Shown here: positions 1 to 41,600 of the stretch, in pieces
How positions within the stretch are numbered: position 1 is the first letter of the stretch
Layout of the letters: the number at the start of each line of letters is the position of its first letter
Source: Chiloscyllium plagiosum
Taxonomy: Eukaryota
DNA length: 64,000 nucleotides
Direction: 5' to 3'
Assembly: GCF_004010195.1 (NCBI RefSeq)
Contig: NC_057725.1
Coordinates: forward strand, 32,206,045 to 32,270,044
The notes under the pieces: generated by a model
What the model saw: the letters and a program-made list of their open reading frames with translations, nothing else
Told to the model about the DNA's origin: nothing
Databases searched by the model: none
Made by a program: the position numbers and the translations under genes

Positions 1-440
1 ATGCTCTCCCACCACAAGGTCTGATACCTGCCCCAGCTCATTGCCGAGCACCAAGTCTAGAGTGGCCTCTCCCCTCGTCGGCCTGTCAACGTACTGAGTT
101 AGGAAACCCTCCTGAACACACCTTACAAAAACAGCTCCATTCAAATCTTCTGCTCGAAGGAGGTTCCAATCAGTATTGGGAAAGTTAAAGTCACCCATTA
201 CAACAACCCTACTACGTCCAAACTTTTCCAAAATCTGCCAACCTATGCTTTCTTCCATCTCCCTGCTGCTATTGGGGGGCCTGTAGTAAACCCCCAAAGA
301 GGTGACTGCTCCCTTGCTGTTCCTAATTTCCACCCATACTGACTCGGTAGGCAGGTCTTCCTCGACAATGGAAGCTTCTGTAGCTGTGATACCCTCTTTG
401 ATTAGGAGTGCTACACCCCCCCTCTTTTTACGCCCTCCCT
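1..440 (-). mobile_element. CR1-type LINE ORF2 fragment (endonuclease region)
   Basis: Similar to the CR1 endonuclease region at about 18950-19330 and 38570-39130. Confidence 0.7.
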
Positions 441-1159
441 AATGTGGACATTTTTTCAAGATGCTGTTATTTATTTCCCCATGTTCTTTATCTTCCATAT
501 CCTTCTCACAATAAATATACTCATCTTTGATTTTATTTGTTCATGGAATGTGGGCATCGCATTTGTTGTCCATTCCCAATTACACAGAGGGCAGTTGAAA
601 ATCAACCAAATTGCCACATGGTGAGATTTGAACTCATGTCCCAGAACATTCATTAACCTGGGTTTCTGGTTTACTAACACAATGACATTACTACTATGCT
701 ACTGACTCTTAAAAATGGAATGTTAACTTTTGTTGTAAAGGAACAAGATTAAAGAAATAAGGATATTTTAATATCTTAATATATGATATTTATGAGATAG
801 TAATGTGTGCAGGTATTTTTTATCTAAGAAAGGATATACATATCCCATTGGGAGTGCAATGTAGGTTAACTTGGTTAATTTTTGGCATGAGTGACTCCCC
901 CCTGAGTCCATCAGGCCTACCTTTCCTGAAGTTCAAAAGAATAATCTAATTCAATTCATAAAATTCTGAAAGGGCTTGGCAGGGTAAAAGCTACCTGGAG
1001 AATCTAGAACATTTGGTCACAGTCTATGAAAAAGGGACTAATTATGATGGGCTGAGGAGAGATCATTTCACACAGAGGGTTGTGAAGCTTTGGATGCTTC
1101 AACATTGCGTATACATTTCAAGACAGAAATTGATAGATTTTTGAATGCTAAGGTAAAAG

Positions 1160-1599
1160 ATTTAAAGGATGTTGCTAGAATTGAAGGGTTTGAGCTATAG
1201 GACAAAGCTGAATAGGCTGAAGCTTTTTTCCCCTGGAGTATTGGAGGCTGAGGATAGACCTTATAGAGGTTTACAAAACCTCAGGCGGGGCATAGATAGG
1301 ATGAATAGCCAAGGTCTTTTTCTAGGCTGGGGAATCCAAAATTAGAGGGCATAGGTTTAAGGTGAGAGGGGAAAGATTTAAAAGGGCCCTGAGGGGCAAA
1401 TGTTTCATACAGACAGGTGCATGTATGGAATGAATTGCCAGAGGAGATGGTGGAGGCTGGTACAAATTACAACATTTAAAAGACATTTGGATGGGTACAT
1501 GAATAGGAAGGGTTTAGAGAGAAATGGGCAAAATGGAAGTTGATCAGTTTAGGTATGAACAAGTTGGACCGAAGGGTCTATTTCCATGCTGTACATCTC
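1160..1599 (+). mobile_element. CR1 LINE 3' fragment
   Basis: Shares the 3' end ...ggaccgaagggtct(g/a)tttccatgctgtacatctc with the copies at 7190-7860 and 49250-49505. Confidence 0.85.
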
Positions 1600-2473
1600 C
1601 TTACCCAGAGTAGGGTCTACTGCAGCAAATGGAATTCCATGTAACACCTCTGCTGGTATTGAAATATTAAGGTCTTATGGTCTGTGATTTAAGGGATATG
1701 GGGACAAGGTAGGAAAGTGGAGTTGAGATGGGAATCAGTCACCTACTGAATGGCAGAGCAGTAACTAGGGGACACATGCCCAACTCTCTGCTCCAGTTGT
1801 CAATGTAGAAGGTTATTGCTGATATTTACCTCTTCCTATGTGCTGCCTCTGGGTTGTGTCTCGATTCTGATGTGAAGGATGTTCTCTGAGCAAGAGCTGG
1901 TCTGGGTCTGATTCCTTCTCTGATGAAATGGCTTCAGATACCGTAACTTTCCATTAAGCAGCCCCGTCAGAAACAAGCCGAGCCAGTCCTAATGATTCCC
2001 CAAGCAGCAGGCTTGGCAATGGAGCGGTTGAAGATTAATCTTCCTGGTAGAAAGAGGGAGGGGGGAACAAGAAATGTCTCAGGAACATTCACATAAATTA
2101 TGACCTTGTTTTCATTTTCTTTGAGCATCTTTGTATTTTGGTTATCAAGCATCAGTGATGGGAATGTGTGCCCCATTTGACTGAATGGGGCAGCTTGGGG
2201 GCGGACAGACAGTGTACCCGGTACCGGGGAGGGAGAGGACGGTGTACCCGGTACCGGGGAAGAGAGGGGGGGAGGACGGTGTACCCCCGGTACCGGGTAC
2301 CCCATCCTCCCCCCGTCCCCGGTATCGGGGGAGGATGGGTGGCTGTTACCGCCGGGATCTATATTGTGGTATTTACGGTACCGGAAGTTGTCGGTGTCGG
2401 TTCCGGTTGGAGCCGCGCGGCCTTGAAGCAGGAGGCCGAGCCTGAGAGAGCGGTATCCCCCAACACCGGCACC

Positions 2474-30052
<27,579 letters not shown>

Positions 30053-31195
30053 CCATTGCTCTGTCTGGGATCACTTGACTGCTCTTTTTAAAATTAGTCA
30101 GTTTTCAGTAGGTCATTTTCAGAAATGAACTGTATTTTAATAACTTTTGGGACAGGAGAAGCAGCTTCACCAATTTCTATTCTTTCAAACCTCAAACAGA
30201 ACCAGCTTTATTTTCTCAGGAGTGGTATATTTACCAAAGGAACAAAGTTTCATGTTTTAAAGCAATGTAGACCTGAACTTCACCCCTTTGCTCATTTAGC
30301 TGTTTCTGTGAATCCTTGCTTCAGGAGTTTTTTATTGTAGTTGTCTGTGTACCCACAAGTAATGCAGTGTAACAGTTATTACTGAGCCAGTAACCCAGAA
30401 ACCTGGTCTAAAAATCCCCAACAGAGAAGCTTGAATTCAGTTTGAAAAACTTGGTCTTAGTAAAAGTGACTGTGAAGCTGTCAGATTGTCCTGAAATTCT
30501 ATCTGTATCATTAATGTCCTTTAGGAAAGGAAGCCAGCTATCTGAGTCCAAAATATGACTCCAGTTCCATGTCAACTCGTTTTAATGTAGCCCATTTAAA
30601 CTCTTCAGCATACAGTCAGTCCGAGGAGGTTAAGAGTTTTCAGCAAGAAATTCAACTGTGTCAAACTCGTTAGTGGTTCAAGAAAACCCACCAAAACCTC
30701 AAAGCAGTTTGAGATGGACAGTAAATACTGACCCTGCCTGTCAATGCATTTTGATAATGAATGGGTGAAAAAATTCACTACTAAAATAAATAAAATGTGA
30801 AGACACTCAGCAGGTCTGGCAGCATCTGTGGAGAAAGTGTTAATGTTGAGGCCAAAATGTTGAGGGTAAGTCATATATGACTCAGTTACCTGTGTTTCTC
30901 TATCGAGAGAAGCTGCCAGACCTACTGAGTTTCTCCAGCATTTTCTTTATTGCAGATTCCCAACATCTGCAGTATTTTGCTTTTATAACCATCCGTATTG
31001 TTCTGTGATCTGGGACTGGTCTGCTGCCCAATCAAGTAAAGGAGCCTCAAATGGTAAATTTTCCTACAATCTCCGTACAGTGGCTGTACTCCTGCCTGTC
31101 CCATTTTTTAAAGCTTTTTTTTTAGATAGGACTAATGAAGTTATTCCTAAAATCATGAGATGATATGATCCATTTTACAAGAATATTTAAGATGA

Positions 31196-31201
31196 AATAA
31201 A
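31196..31201 (+). terminator. Candidate PSMD13 polyadenylation signal AATAAA (an alternative lies near 30785)
   Basis: AATAAA followed by GT-rich sequence about 1.1 kb after the stop codon; not confirmed by transcripts. Confidence 0.45.
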
Positions 31202-32135
31202 AATGTATTTAAAAATGTTCAGTTGTGTTCCTACTTGGAAGAAACCATTCAATACTGTGGGAAGTTCTTGATTTAAGCTGCTGTTTTTTGGACAGAAGAG
31301 TAACTTGATTTGCTTGCACCATTTTTGCTTTGACTCTTGATATTTGTTCTGAAGATTGTCTGTCTGTCTGTTCCTGCTACTCTGAAATTGGTGGTAATTT
31401 TTTCGAATTGATGTTTATAATGAAGGTTCAGTATTATGCTTTATTTTTACCCTAAGTCATTGTCGAACCTTTCCACTGGTTCCAGTTGAACACACTTAGT
31501 AAAAATTCTGAAGATCATTGGTTAACCAATGACAAGGTCTGGACTTAATCTGCTTGTGAAAGCCAAGATTACATTTTCCAAATTGATGTGGCTGTGAAGA
31601 ACAAACTGACACAGCCACTTTGTAATAAGTGCCTTGTGCTAAAGCCTAACAGGATTTTCCCTGTTGGAGATTAAATCCATCTCCGGACATAGATTGGAAC
31701 CACGTCAATTATATTGCTGTTGCAACATATCTTGGAACTTCACTTAACATTTCACAACATTTCCATGTTAAGAATAGCTGAAAATTCTGTCTGTTCTTGA
31801 TATCATCCAGAAGAATTTAGCACAAAAGCGAACTGACAGATTAAAGCTGCCACATGGATGCTGAGAAAGCTTGGTCTTCCTATTATCTGGTGGCTGCCCA
31901 GATAGTATTTTCAATTTGTTGATGGTTTTTACTCATTCCTAATGTAAATGTTGTCCATGTATCTCTAGGATACTACTTTCTCACTTCCCTCTGTATTTTA
32001 TAATATCTCCAGTTTTCATCTGTGTAATCCATGCCAATATTTTGATTATACTTACTCAGCTCTCCCTGTTTTTGTCTCCTCTACTCTCCCTCCTTTCCTT
32101 CACACTCTCATTCTCTCTCACTTCACTCTTTTTTT

Positions 32136-32884
32136 NNNNNNNNNNNNNNNNNNNNNNNNNNNNNNNNNNNNNNNNNNNNNNNNNNNNNNNNNNNNNNNNN
32201 NNNNNNNNNNNNNNNNNNNNNNNNNNNNNNNNNNNNNNNNNNNNNNNNNNNNNNNNNNNNNNNNNNNNNNNNNNNNNNNNNNNNNNNNNNNNNNNNNNNN
32301 NNNNNNNNNNNNNNNNNNNNNNNNNNNNNNNNNNNNNNNNNNNNNNNNNNNNNNNNNNNNNNNNNNNNNNNNNNNNNNNNNNNNNNNNNNNNNNNNNNNN
32401 NNNNNNNNNNNNNNNNNNNNNNNNNNNNNNNNNNNNNNNNNNNNNNNNNNNNNNNNNNNNNNNNNNNNNNNNNNNNNNNNNNNNNNNNNNNNNNNNNNNN
32501 NNNNNNNNNNNNNNNNNNNNNNNNNNNNNNNNNNNNNNNNNNNNNNNNNNNNNNNNNNNNNNNNNNNNNNNNNNNNNNNNNNNNNNNNNNNNNNNNNNNN
32601 NNNNNNNNNNNNNNNNNNNNNNNNNNNNNNNNNNNNNNNNNNNNNNNNNNNNNNNNNNNNNNNNNNNNNNNNNNNNNNNNNNNNNNNNNNNNNNNNNNNN
32701 NNNNNNNNNNNNNNNNNNNNNNNNNNNNNNNNNNNNNNNNNNNNNNNNNNNNNNNNNNNNNNNNNNNNNNNNNNNNNNNNNNNNNNNNNNNNNNNNNNNN
32801 NNNNNNNNNNNNNNNNNNNNNNNNNNNNNNNNNNNNNNNNNNNNNNNNNNNNNNNNNNNNNNNNNNNNNNNNNNNNNNNNNNNN
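32136..32884. other. Assembly gap (N run); smaller gaps at 4376-4440 and 42483-42516
   Basis: Runs of n. Confidence 1.
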
Positions 32885-34898
32885 ATCAAATCCCTGCCTA
32901 TTATATTGTCTCTACCACTACTGGTTTATGGTTTCACTTAACCTCTTCCTGTCTCTGCTTTCTTTATTGTTATTTCCATGTTTTACACACTGACCCCCCC
33001 CCGCCCCGCTCATTTTTGCCTCTGTTCATCCCTCTGTCTTACTCCCACTCAGTTCCCATCTCCATTCAGTACTCCCTTATTTCTTGCCATCCCTGGCTTC
33101 AGAAGGGAGTATTTCTCTCCTCATTCTCCACCTGTGGCCCTTCTCTCCCTGCCCTGTCTTTTCCTGCGCCACCCACCTGCATGTGGACTAGAACCTAGGC
33201 TTTCTGGTCTAGAGCTGGGCACTACCACTATGCCACAAGTACCCTGGAATCTGAATAGAATCAATCTGTTTACAACTTCCAGCACCTGCTGCAGTTTATC
33301 ATAAGGACTGCCAAATGGAACAAGTACTTGAGTTTCAAGTGTTGCTGCAGCATTGACATCAATGCTATTTATTGCTCATGTTACTGTGCTTTATCTGTTC
33401 TGACCTTGTACTCTGTTCCAGCTAGTTTAATATCACAAAGCACCATGACTTGTCCTGAGTAGAAATCGCTCCGAGTATTCCAGGTTGAAAAGTTTAGAGA
33501 TTTAAGCAAATAACCACTTTTTTAAAAAGGATTTTTTATTTGGAAAACACTGAGGATGGAAGCTTGCTAACAAAGTTTAGATTCATTAATGAAGAGGTGG
33601 GAGAATGAATATGGGGATTTAGTTAATGGTAGAAAATGGGGGAAGAAACAATGGGCATTAGTTGAACTGGAGAGATAGGGGCAATAATGTCCCCTAGGGT
33701 TCAGTGTTAGAGGTATTAACATATAAATGATCTGGACTTGGTTAAAGGGAGTACAGTATCAGAATTTGGGAGGTGCCATGGTTAGCTTTGTAAATGACTA
33801 AACTTGCAGGCTTTTGGATCAGGCAAAGAACATGCTGATGAAATTGTAAATAAACCATTTTGGGAATGAGAGCATTTATACAGCAAACAGTGAACCTTTC
33901 AAAAGGAATGGAGAAACACAGATTGGATTTTAAATGAGCAAGTATTTAAAATGGGAGTGCAGCTTCATAAAGCTGTCGGAAAAACAAAAACATGGTTTCT
34001 GGCTCTTAAAATAGCAGTGAAGTAAAGTTGGAATGTTAAAACTGTAAAAACCATTGGTCCAGCTACAGATGGAATGTGTTCTGTTTCCAGGGTATTATCC
34101 GAGGAAGGGTGTCAGAGCTTTGGAGAGACTGCAGGAGTGATTCACTGAGAATCCCAGAGCTGAGATGATTATAAAACAATTTTATTCGAGGAGTGATTAT
34201 CTTGGAGAGACATGAAAAAAGAATCAAACTGGGAAGGAAAAGGCTATTTCTTGGTCAGAAATTATAAATTATTAGCAAAATGTTGAGGGAGAGAAGGGGA
34301 AATATTTTTCTTTCAGGATTTTTGGATCTTGGAAGATAGATATTTGGGGGAAAATGTGAAAATTGGGAGGAAGATGTATCAGAGAGGCTGGCAATGTTTG
34401 GTCTAGATGGTTTTTAAAGAAGGTGGAGATGGTGGGTAGTTGCTCTAACTTTCCAATTTAGAGGCAAGGAATATGCCAGGAAACCCAAACATAGCAAATT
34501 TCACTTTTGTTCAGAAACATAAAACATGCATCTACAGACTGCTTGGTCTAGCAGCAATGATGGGTAAGGTTTCAAAAACAGCCAGGGAAAAATATCAACA
34601 GGTGCTTGGGCAGCTTTGAATTATGGAGAGCTGGCACAGGCAAAGCAGATCATATTTGACTAATTAATTTTTCATGAAGTAACTGAGCAGGTTGTTCAAG
34701 GAAGAACACAGGATGATTACTGTGCTCTGATTTTTAAAAAAGGGCTCAAGGAGAAACCATCATGCCAAATGGTTACTTAGACTAGAAGATCATAGGGATT
34801 TTCTCCAAGGGTCAGTACTGGCACACTGCCTTTTTTTTGATATATAGGAAATATAGTTACTTAGAGTGCTGAACGAACTTTCAATACTTGTTGATGAT

Positions 34899-35230
34899 TT
34901 TGGATGTAGATTTGCTCGCTGAGCTGCAAGGTTCATTTCCAGACGTTTTGTTACCCTACTAGGTAACATCTTCAGTTGAACTCTTATCAACAAACACATC
35001 GAGTTAGACCCTATCTGCCAACCCCTGAGAAAAGGAAGTGATTTCACCACAGGGAATGACATCACCAACCCAAACATATAAATAGCAGGAATTTTCAGCA
35101 TTGCTTCACCTGAGGTCCACTGAAGATGTTACCCAGTAGGGTAACAAAACATCTGGAAATGAACCTGGCAGCTCAGCAAGCGAACCTACATCCAAAACCT
35201 CAACCTAAGCTACAAATCTTTTCAAAATTC
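34899..35230. mobile_element. Penelope-like fold-back fragment (same family as 16879-17554)
   Basis: ggatgtagatttgctcgctgagctg... is inverted relative to ...cagctcagcaagcgaacctacatcc. Confidence 0.75.
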
Positions 35231-35513
35231 AATAAGATTTGTTTATGATTCCAAACTTGAAGTTGGAATGGTGAGGATAGCTTTTTTTCTTATTTGTTCA
35301 TTGGACATAAGTTACCAAATATGGCAGATGGAATTTGATATCAAGGAATACTTTGGTGACTTTCTGAAATTATAAAGTACAATTTCTTTTTTTAAAAGAA
35401 AGGTGTGGAATCGAAGGACTAGTTTCAAACATTTTAATCAGTAAATTCAGATATCAGCATAGCAAAGTTATGGCCACTCTTTGGCAATGATGAGAATTCA
35501 GAGTAAATCTCTC

Positions 35514-35624
35514 TCAGTTGTTTGCAGGCTCTGGCCTGTGCTTGTAATCTTCCAAATGAGCCAACATCCAACTCGAAGGTATCATTATTGAAGCTGTCAA
35601 GACAGTGAAACCTATGATCTGTTC
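35514..35624 (-). CDS. COX8B: COX8 exon 2 (transmembrane helix)
   Basis: Acceptor ttctgttacag; EQIIGFTVLTASIMIPSSWMLAHLEDYKHRPEPANN*; ATTAAA polyA candidate at 35438-35433. Confidence 0.9.
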   Translation of the reverse strand, partial: EQIIGFTVLTASIMIPSSWMLAHLEDYKHRPEPANN

Positions 35625-38600
35625 CTGTAACAGAAAAGAACATCTGAAATTAGGGCTACTCTAGCTACAGAGAATAAAGCAACAGCTAGAATAAAGAGTG
35701 CCCTGGATGTTGAGTTGTGAGGAGGAAAGTTACACAGACCATTTGCAATTGGAAACTAGTGAATTGATGCCCCTGTGAATCAGTGTTGGCACTATGATAC
35801 AGTAGACACTGCCTTTACATTGCAATGCTGATCCAATCTCTGAGTCCGTTAATTAACATAACCAGCTTTTAAAATTTCTCCCAGAAAGGATAGCCTTTCT
35901 AACTTCTCACATTTACCACCTTTGTTCATTCACGGGATCATTCTTCTAAACCTCTGGACCCTCTCCAAGAGCAGTACATGCAGCGTCCTAACCCAAAACT
36001 GCTCAATATTCCAAATGTGGTTTGACAAGAGCATTATATGGCCTCAGCAGAACATCCTTAGATTGGTATTCCAGTTGTCTTCAAATGAATGCAACATTAA
36101 AAGAATCCTGAATAAAGACTCTAAGTCCCTTTGTGCTTCAGATTTGAGGCCTTTCCCCATTTAGAAAATAGTTGATGCCTCTATTCTTCTTACCAAAGTA
36201 CATAACCTCACACTTTCCCATTACATCTGTCACTTCTTTGCCCATTCTCAGTCTGTCCAAGTTCTTCTTAAGCCTCCCCACTTCCTCAACACAACCTGTC
36301 CTACCACCTATCTTTGTCTCATCTGCAAACTTCGCAAATATTCCCTCAGTTCCTTTGTCCAAATAATTAATGTATAATGTGAATAATTGTGGCCCCAACA
36401 CTGACCTTTGCAAAACCCCACTAGTTACTGACTACCATCCTCACTTTATATATATTTTTTAAATATACTTAGATGAACTGCTGAATTATTTCATAAAGTA
36501 TTTCTTGGTATTAAATTCCATCTACCATATTTGGTAGCCTGCTTCCAACCTGATTTTCCAGTTCACCTACATATTGATCTCTCCCATGCCTTTTCTATCT
36601 CGTGATTTATTTTTCTGTCCTACATCCTGACTACTGCTAGAGGGCCTGTACATTACTCCCATCAGGTTATTTTTTTCTTTTGTGGTTCCTCAGCTGTGCA
36701 CACACAGATTTTACACCTGATTCTTGATTGCTTTTTGCGATTGATTTAATTTAATCCCATCTGCCTGCCCTTTCAATAAGATATGTACCCTTAGATGTTT
36801 AATTCCCAGCCCTGGTTTCCTTGTCTGTGAAATCCACAACATTGTATCTGTCAATTTCAATCTGTGCTACAAGCTCAATTACCTTGCTTCGTAAACTGCA
36901 TACATTGATGTACAACACCCTCAGTCCAGCATTGACCACCCCCTCCTTCACCAACCTTGCAAAAGAAAAACCCCTCAGTTGTCCCCTTATCTGCTATGCC
37001 TAAAGTTAGATTCCTGATCCTTTTCCTACTCTCTGTCCTATTACTTGTTCTGGAAACTTCAGTAACCTCTCCCCAGCCTTGCTCCTCTCTAACTAGTTTA
37101 AAGTTTTGTGATCATCCTATTTAGCCTTTCTACTAGGATCTTGGTCCTAGATCAATTCAGATGGAGCCCGTTTCCATAGTACAATTCCCTCCTGTCCCAT
37201 TACTGATGCCAGCACCCACGAAATGGGACCCGTCTTTCCCACATCACTCCTTTAGCCACATGTTTACTTCCCTAATCTTATCTCTTTGTCAGTTTGCCAA
37301 TAATCTAAAGATTACAACTTTTGACGTCCTGTTCTTTAATTTTGTTTCTAATTTCTGATAGGCAAGAAGTTTTGTTCAGGCAATATGTTGTTGGTGGCAA
37401 CATGTGCAACAAAAGCTAGATCCTCCCCATCCCCCTCCAGCATCCTTTTGAGCCAACTTGAGATGTCCTTTACCTTGGCATTAAGTAGGCAGCACATCAT
37501 GTGGGACTCTCAATCCTGCTCACAAAGGATGCTACCTATATCTCTAATTATAGAATCTCCTACCAATACCACTTTTCTTTGTGCTCCCCCACCCCATCAC
37601 ATAAATGACTTCCTGGACCATGATGCAGTGGTCAGTTTGGCCATTCTCCTTGCAGACACTTTCCTCATCCACACAGGGAGCAAGTACCTCATTCCTCATG
37701 GACAAGGTGAAGAGCTGATACTCACATTCTTGCTGCTCTCCTGAGAGTACAGCACCTATTCAATACTGACCTTGCAACATGCTGCATTGCTTCAGTATTG
37801 ACATTAGGACTGTATAATACTCATTATCTACTGCTCCTCAAGCAGTGCAGGACTTTCTCTTCAGTGCTGTCCTTTTGTGTCATTTGCAAACTTTCTTATC
37901 AGATACCCAACACCAACACCTCCTTGATAATGGCATGCCCCAGAATATCAACAAACCTGTCTCTCATCTCACCATTATCCATATCATTCTCTTTCTTGAA
38001 TACCAATGCAAAGTACTCATTAAGGGTCTCTCTCACTTCCTCTAATTCCACACATGAATCCCCTCCTTTGTTCATGAGTGGACCTATCCTCTCCCTAATT
38101 ACCCTCTTGCTCCTAATCTATGTACAACGTGCCTTGGGATTCTCCATAATCCTACTTGCCAAGGATATTTCATTCTGTCTTTTCGCCCTCCTAATTCCTT
38201 GGTTTTTTTTTTCCTGCTTCCTTTGTTTCATCATGTACCTTGTCTGATTTCAGTTTCCCAAACTTACATATACTTCCTTTTTCTTTTTGACTGAAACTTT
38301 CAATATCTCTTGTCATCCAGTGTTCCTGAAACTTGCTATATCCTTATCTTTCATTCTCATAGGAAAATGCTGGTCATGAACTCTGATCAACTGGCCTTTA
38401 AAAGTTTCCCACATATCAGATGTTGATATACTCTCAAAACTGCTGTCTTCTATTCTGATTTTTCCAGTTCCTTTTGAATACTGTTAAAATTAGCTATCCC
38501 CCAATTTAGCACCTTGACTCAAGGACCAGTCTTATCCTTATCCATAGCTACCTTAAAGCTTATGGAATTGTGATCACTGTTCTCAAAATGCTCCCACATG

Positions 38601-41600
38601 AAACTGATCACCTGGCCAGACAAGTTCCCCAATACATGGTCAAGTACAGTCCTTTCCATAATTGGGCTATCTACACATTGTTTCAAGAAATCCACCTGGA
38701 TGCCCCTAACAAATTCTGTGTCATCAAAACTCCTGAACCATGGGAGTCCCAGTCAACATTACAACAACCCAGCTGCTTTTATAGCATTTCATGTTCTGCT
38801 TCCATATCCTACACATCTTCCATGGCTATTGGGAGGTCTGTAGTATAGCATAATGATTATATCTTTCTTATTCCTAAATTCTAAGCATTTAGGTTCACTG
38901 GATGAGCCCTCCGAGATATTGTTTCTTAGTACAGCTGCGACATTCTCTTTAATCACTGATGGCAGTCCCCCCCCATTCCTTTACTTCCTCTCTATTTCGC
39001 CTGTAACATCTAAACCCTGGAACGTTGACCTGCCACTCCTGCGTTTTTCTCAACCAAGTTTCCATAATGGCTACCATATTGTAGTCCCGTGTACTATTCC
39101 AGGCTCTAAGCTCATCTGCCTTGCCTGTTAAACTCATTGCTCTCAAATAAATACACTTCAGACCACCTGTCTCGCCCTGTTCATTAATCTTGCCCTGCCT
39201 GTTCTTCCTATTAGACCTCACTTGATTTCAGTTCAAAATTTTCCTCCATCGCCCTCCTCTGCCACACTAACTCCAACCCTGCTGAGTGACACTAACAAAT
39301 CTTCCTGCAAGGATACTGATGCCCCTCCAGTTTAGGTGCAACCCATCTTCTTGTACGTATCCTACCTGCCCTGGAAGTTTCCAATGATCCAGATAGCTGA
39401 ACCTTTCCCTCCTACACCTTCTAACTTCTGGCTGCTCAACCTCCCCTTTCAGAATATCCAGTAAGCACTCAGACGAACTAGCGAGCCAACACACCATCCT
39501 GGAGTCCTGCTCGTTCTTTGAAACCAGGTCCTTGCCATCCCATTCTTAATCTTTGCGAGTGAGCTGAATTCTCCTAGTATTCTCCTCAATTATTTCGCAC
39601 TACCATCTGATTGACCCTCCGACAAAGCAATGCTCCCTCAGTACTGACTCTCCGACAAAAGAACACACCCTCAGTACACACCCTCCAACAATGCAACGCT
39701 CCCTCAATATTGCTCCTTTGCCAGCGCAGCGGTCCCTCATTACTGACCCTCTGCCAGTGCAGTGTTCCCTCAGTACTGACCCTCCAACAGTGCAGCGTTC
39801 CCTCAGTACTGACCCTCTGACAGTGGAGCGTTCCCTCAGTAATGACCCTCCGACAGTGCAGCATTCCCTCAGGACTGACCTCTGATAGTGCAGCGCTCCC
39901 TAGGTACTGACCCTCCTAGTATTCTCTCTTTACTGGCCCTCTGACAGTGCAGCACTCCCTCAGTACTGACCCTATGACAGTGCGGCACTACCTCGGTACT
40001 GACCTCCTGACACTGCAACACTTTCTTAATGTTGACCGTCTGACAGTGCAGCACGCCTTCAGTACTGAACCTCTGACAGTGCAGCGCTACCTCAGTACTG
40101 ACCCTCTGACAGTGCAGAGCTCCCTCAGTATTTACCGTCTTACTCACGGTTTGACAGTGCACCACTCCCTCTGAACTGACTCTCTAACAGTGCAGCGGAC
40201 CCTCAGCACTGCTCGTCGTGACAGTGCAGCGCTACGTAAGTACTGACCCTCTGCCAGTGTAGCACTCTCTCAGTACTAACCCTCTGACAGGGCAGCGCTC
40301 TCTCAATACTGACTCTCTGATGCTACAGCACTCCCTCAGTACTGTCCCTCCCACAGTGCAGCGCACCCTCGGTACTGACCCTCTCAGAGTGCAAATCTCC
40401 CTCAGTACTGACAATCTGACAGTGCAGCATACCCTCAGTACTGACCTGACAGTGCAGCACTCCCTCAGTACTGGCCCTCCGACAGTGCAGCGCTCCCTCA
40501 GTGCTGACCCTCCGACAGTGCCGCGCACACTCAGTACTGACCCTCTGACTGTGCAGCACTCCCTCAGTACTGACCCTCTGACTGTGCAGTGTCCCTCAGT
40601 ACTGACCTTCTGACTGTGCAGCGCTCCCACAGTGCTGACCCTCTGACTGTGCAGCACTCCCACAGTGCTGACCCTCTGACTGTGCAGTGCTCCCTCAGTA
40701 TTGATCTTCTGACAGAGGAGCGCTCCCTCAGTACTGACCCTCTGACAGTGCAGCGCTCCCTCAGTACTGACCCTCTGACAGTGCAGTGTCCCTCAGTATT
40801 GATCTTCTGACAGTGCAGCGCTCCCCCAGTGCTGACCCTCTGACAGTGCAGCACTCCCTCAGTGCCGACCCTCCGACAGTGCAGCACACCCTCAGTGCCG
40901 ACCCTCCGACAGTGCTGCGCTCCCCCAGTGCTGACTCTCTGACAGTGCAGCACTCCCTCATTGCTGAACTTCAGACTGTGCAGCGCACACTCAGTACTGA
41001 CCCTCTGACTGTGCAGCGCTCCCACAGTGCGGACCCTCTGACTGTGCAGCGCTCCCACAGTGCGGACCCTCTGACTGTGCAGCGCTCCCTCAGTGCTGAC
41101 CCTCTGACTGTGCAGCGCGCGCTCCCACAGTGCGGACCCTCTGACTGTGCAGCGCTCCCACAGTGCGGACCCTCTGACTGTGCAGCGCTCCCTCAGTGCT
41201 GACCCTCTGACTGTGCAGCGCTCCCACAGTGCTGACCCTCTGACTGTGCAGCGCTCCCACAGTGCTGATCCTCTGACTGTGCAGCGCTCTCTCAGTACTG
41301 ACCCTCTGACATGGCAGAGCGCTCTGTTAACGCTATCGAGCCCGCCCAGCGTGAGCGCACCTTTCGCTTTGACCCTGTTGCCGAATCTCGGACAATGTGG
41401 CTGTCTTTAACACCGCCGCTCCCACGTGAGGCACTCCTTTCTCTTACATGGAGAAGGTAAACATTGATTTTTGCTGTTGGCCTCTGGAACTGGAATTCAC
41501 GACCTTTTGATTCAGAGGAGAGAGTGTGATCATGATTGAACCAGGGCCAATAACAAACAATGTGTGCTTATATATTAACCAGGGAGAGTTAGTACCTAAT

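Noticed and set aside
32042-32941. 299-aa and 277-aa ORFs
   Set aside because: They consist almost entirely of the N gap.
39586-41410. Many ORFs with 11-aa periodic Cys/His-rich repeats (LHCQRVSTEG...) resembling zinc-binding repeat proteins or a CRISPR-like array
   Set aside because: They are translations of the 33-bp satellite in several frames on both strands. The units are contiguous with no unique spacers, and the context is a eukaryotic intron.
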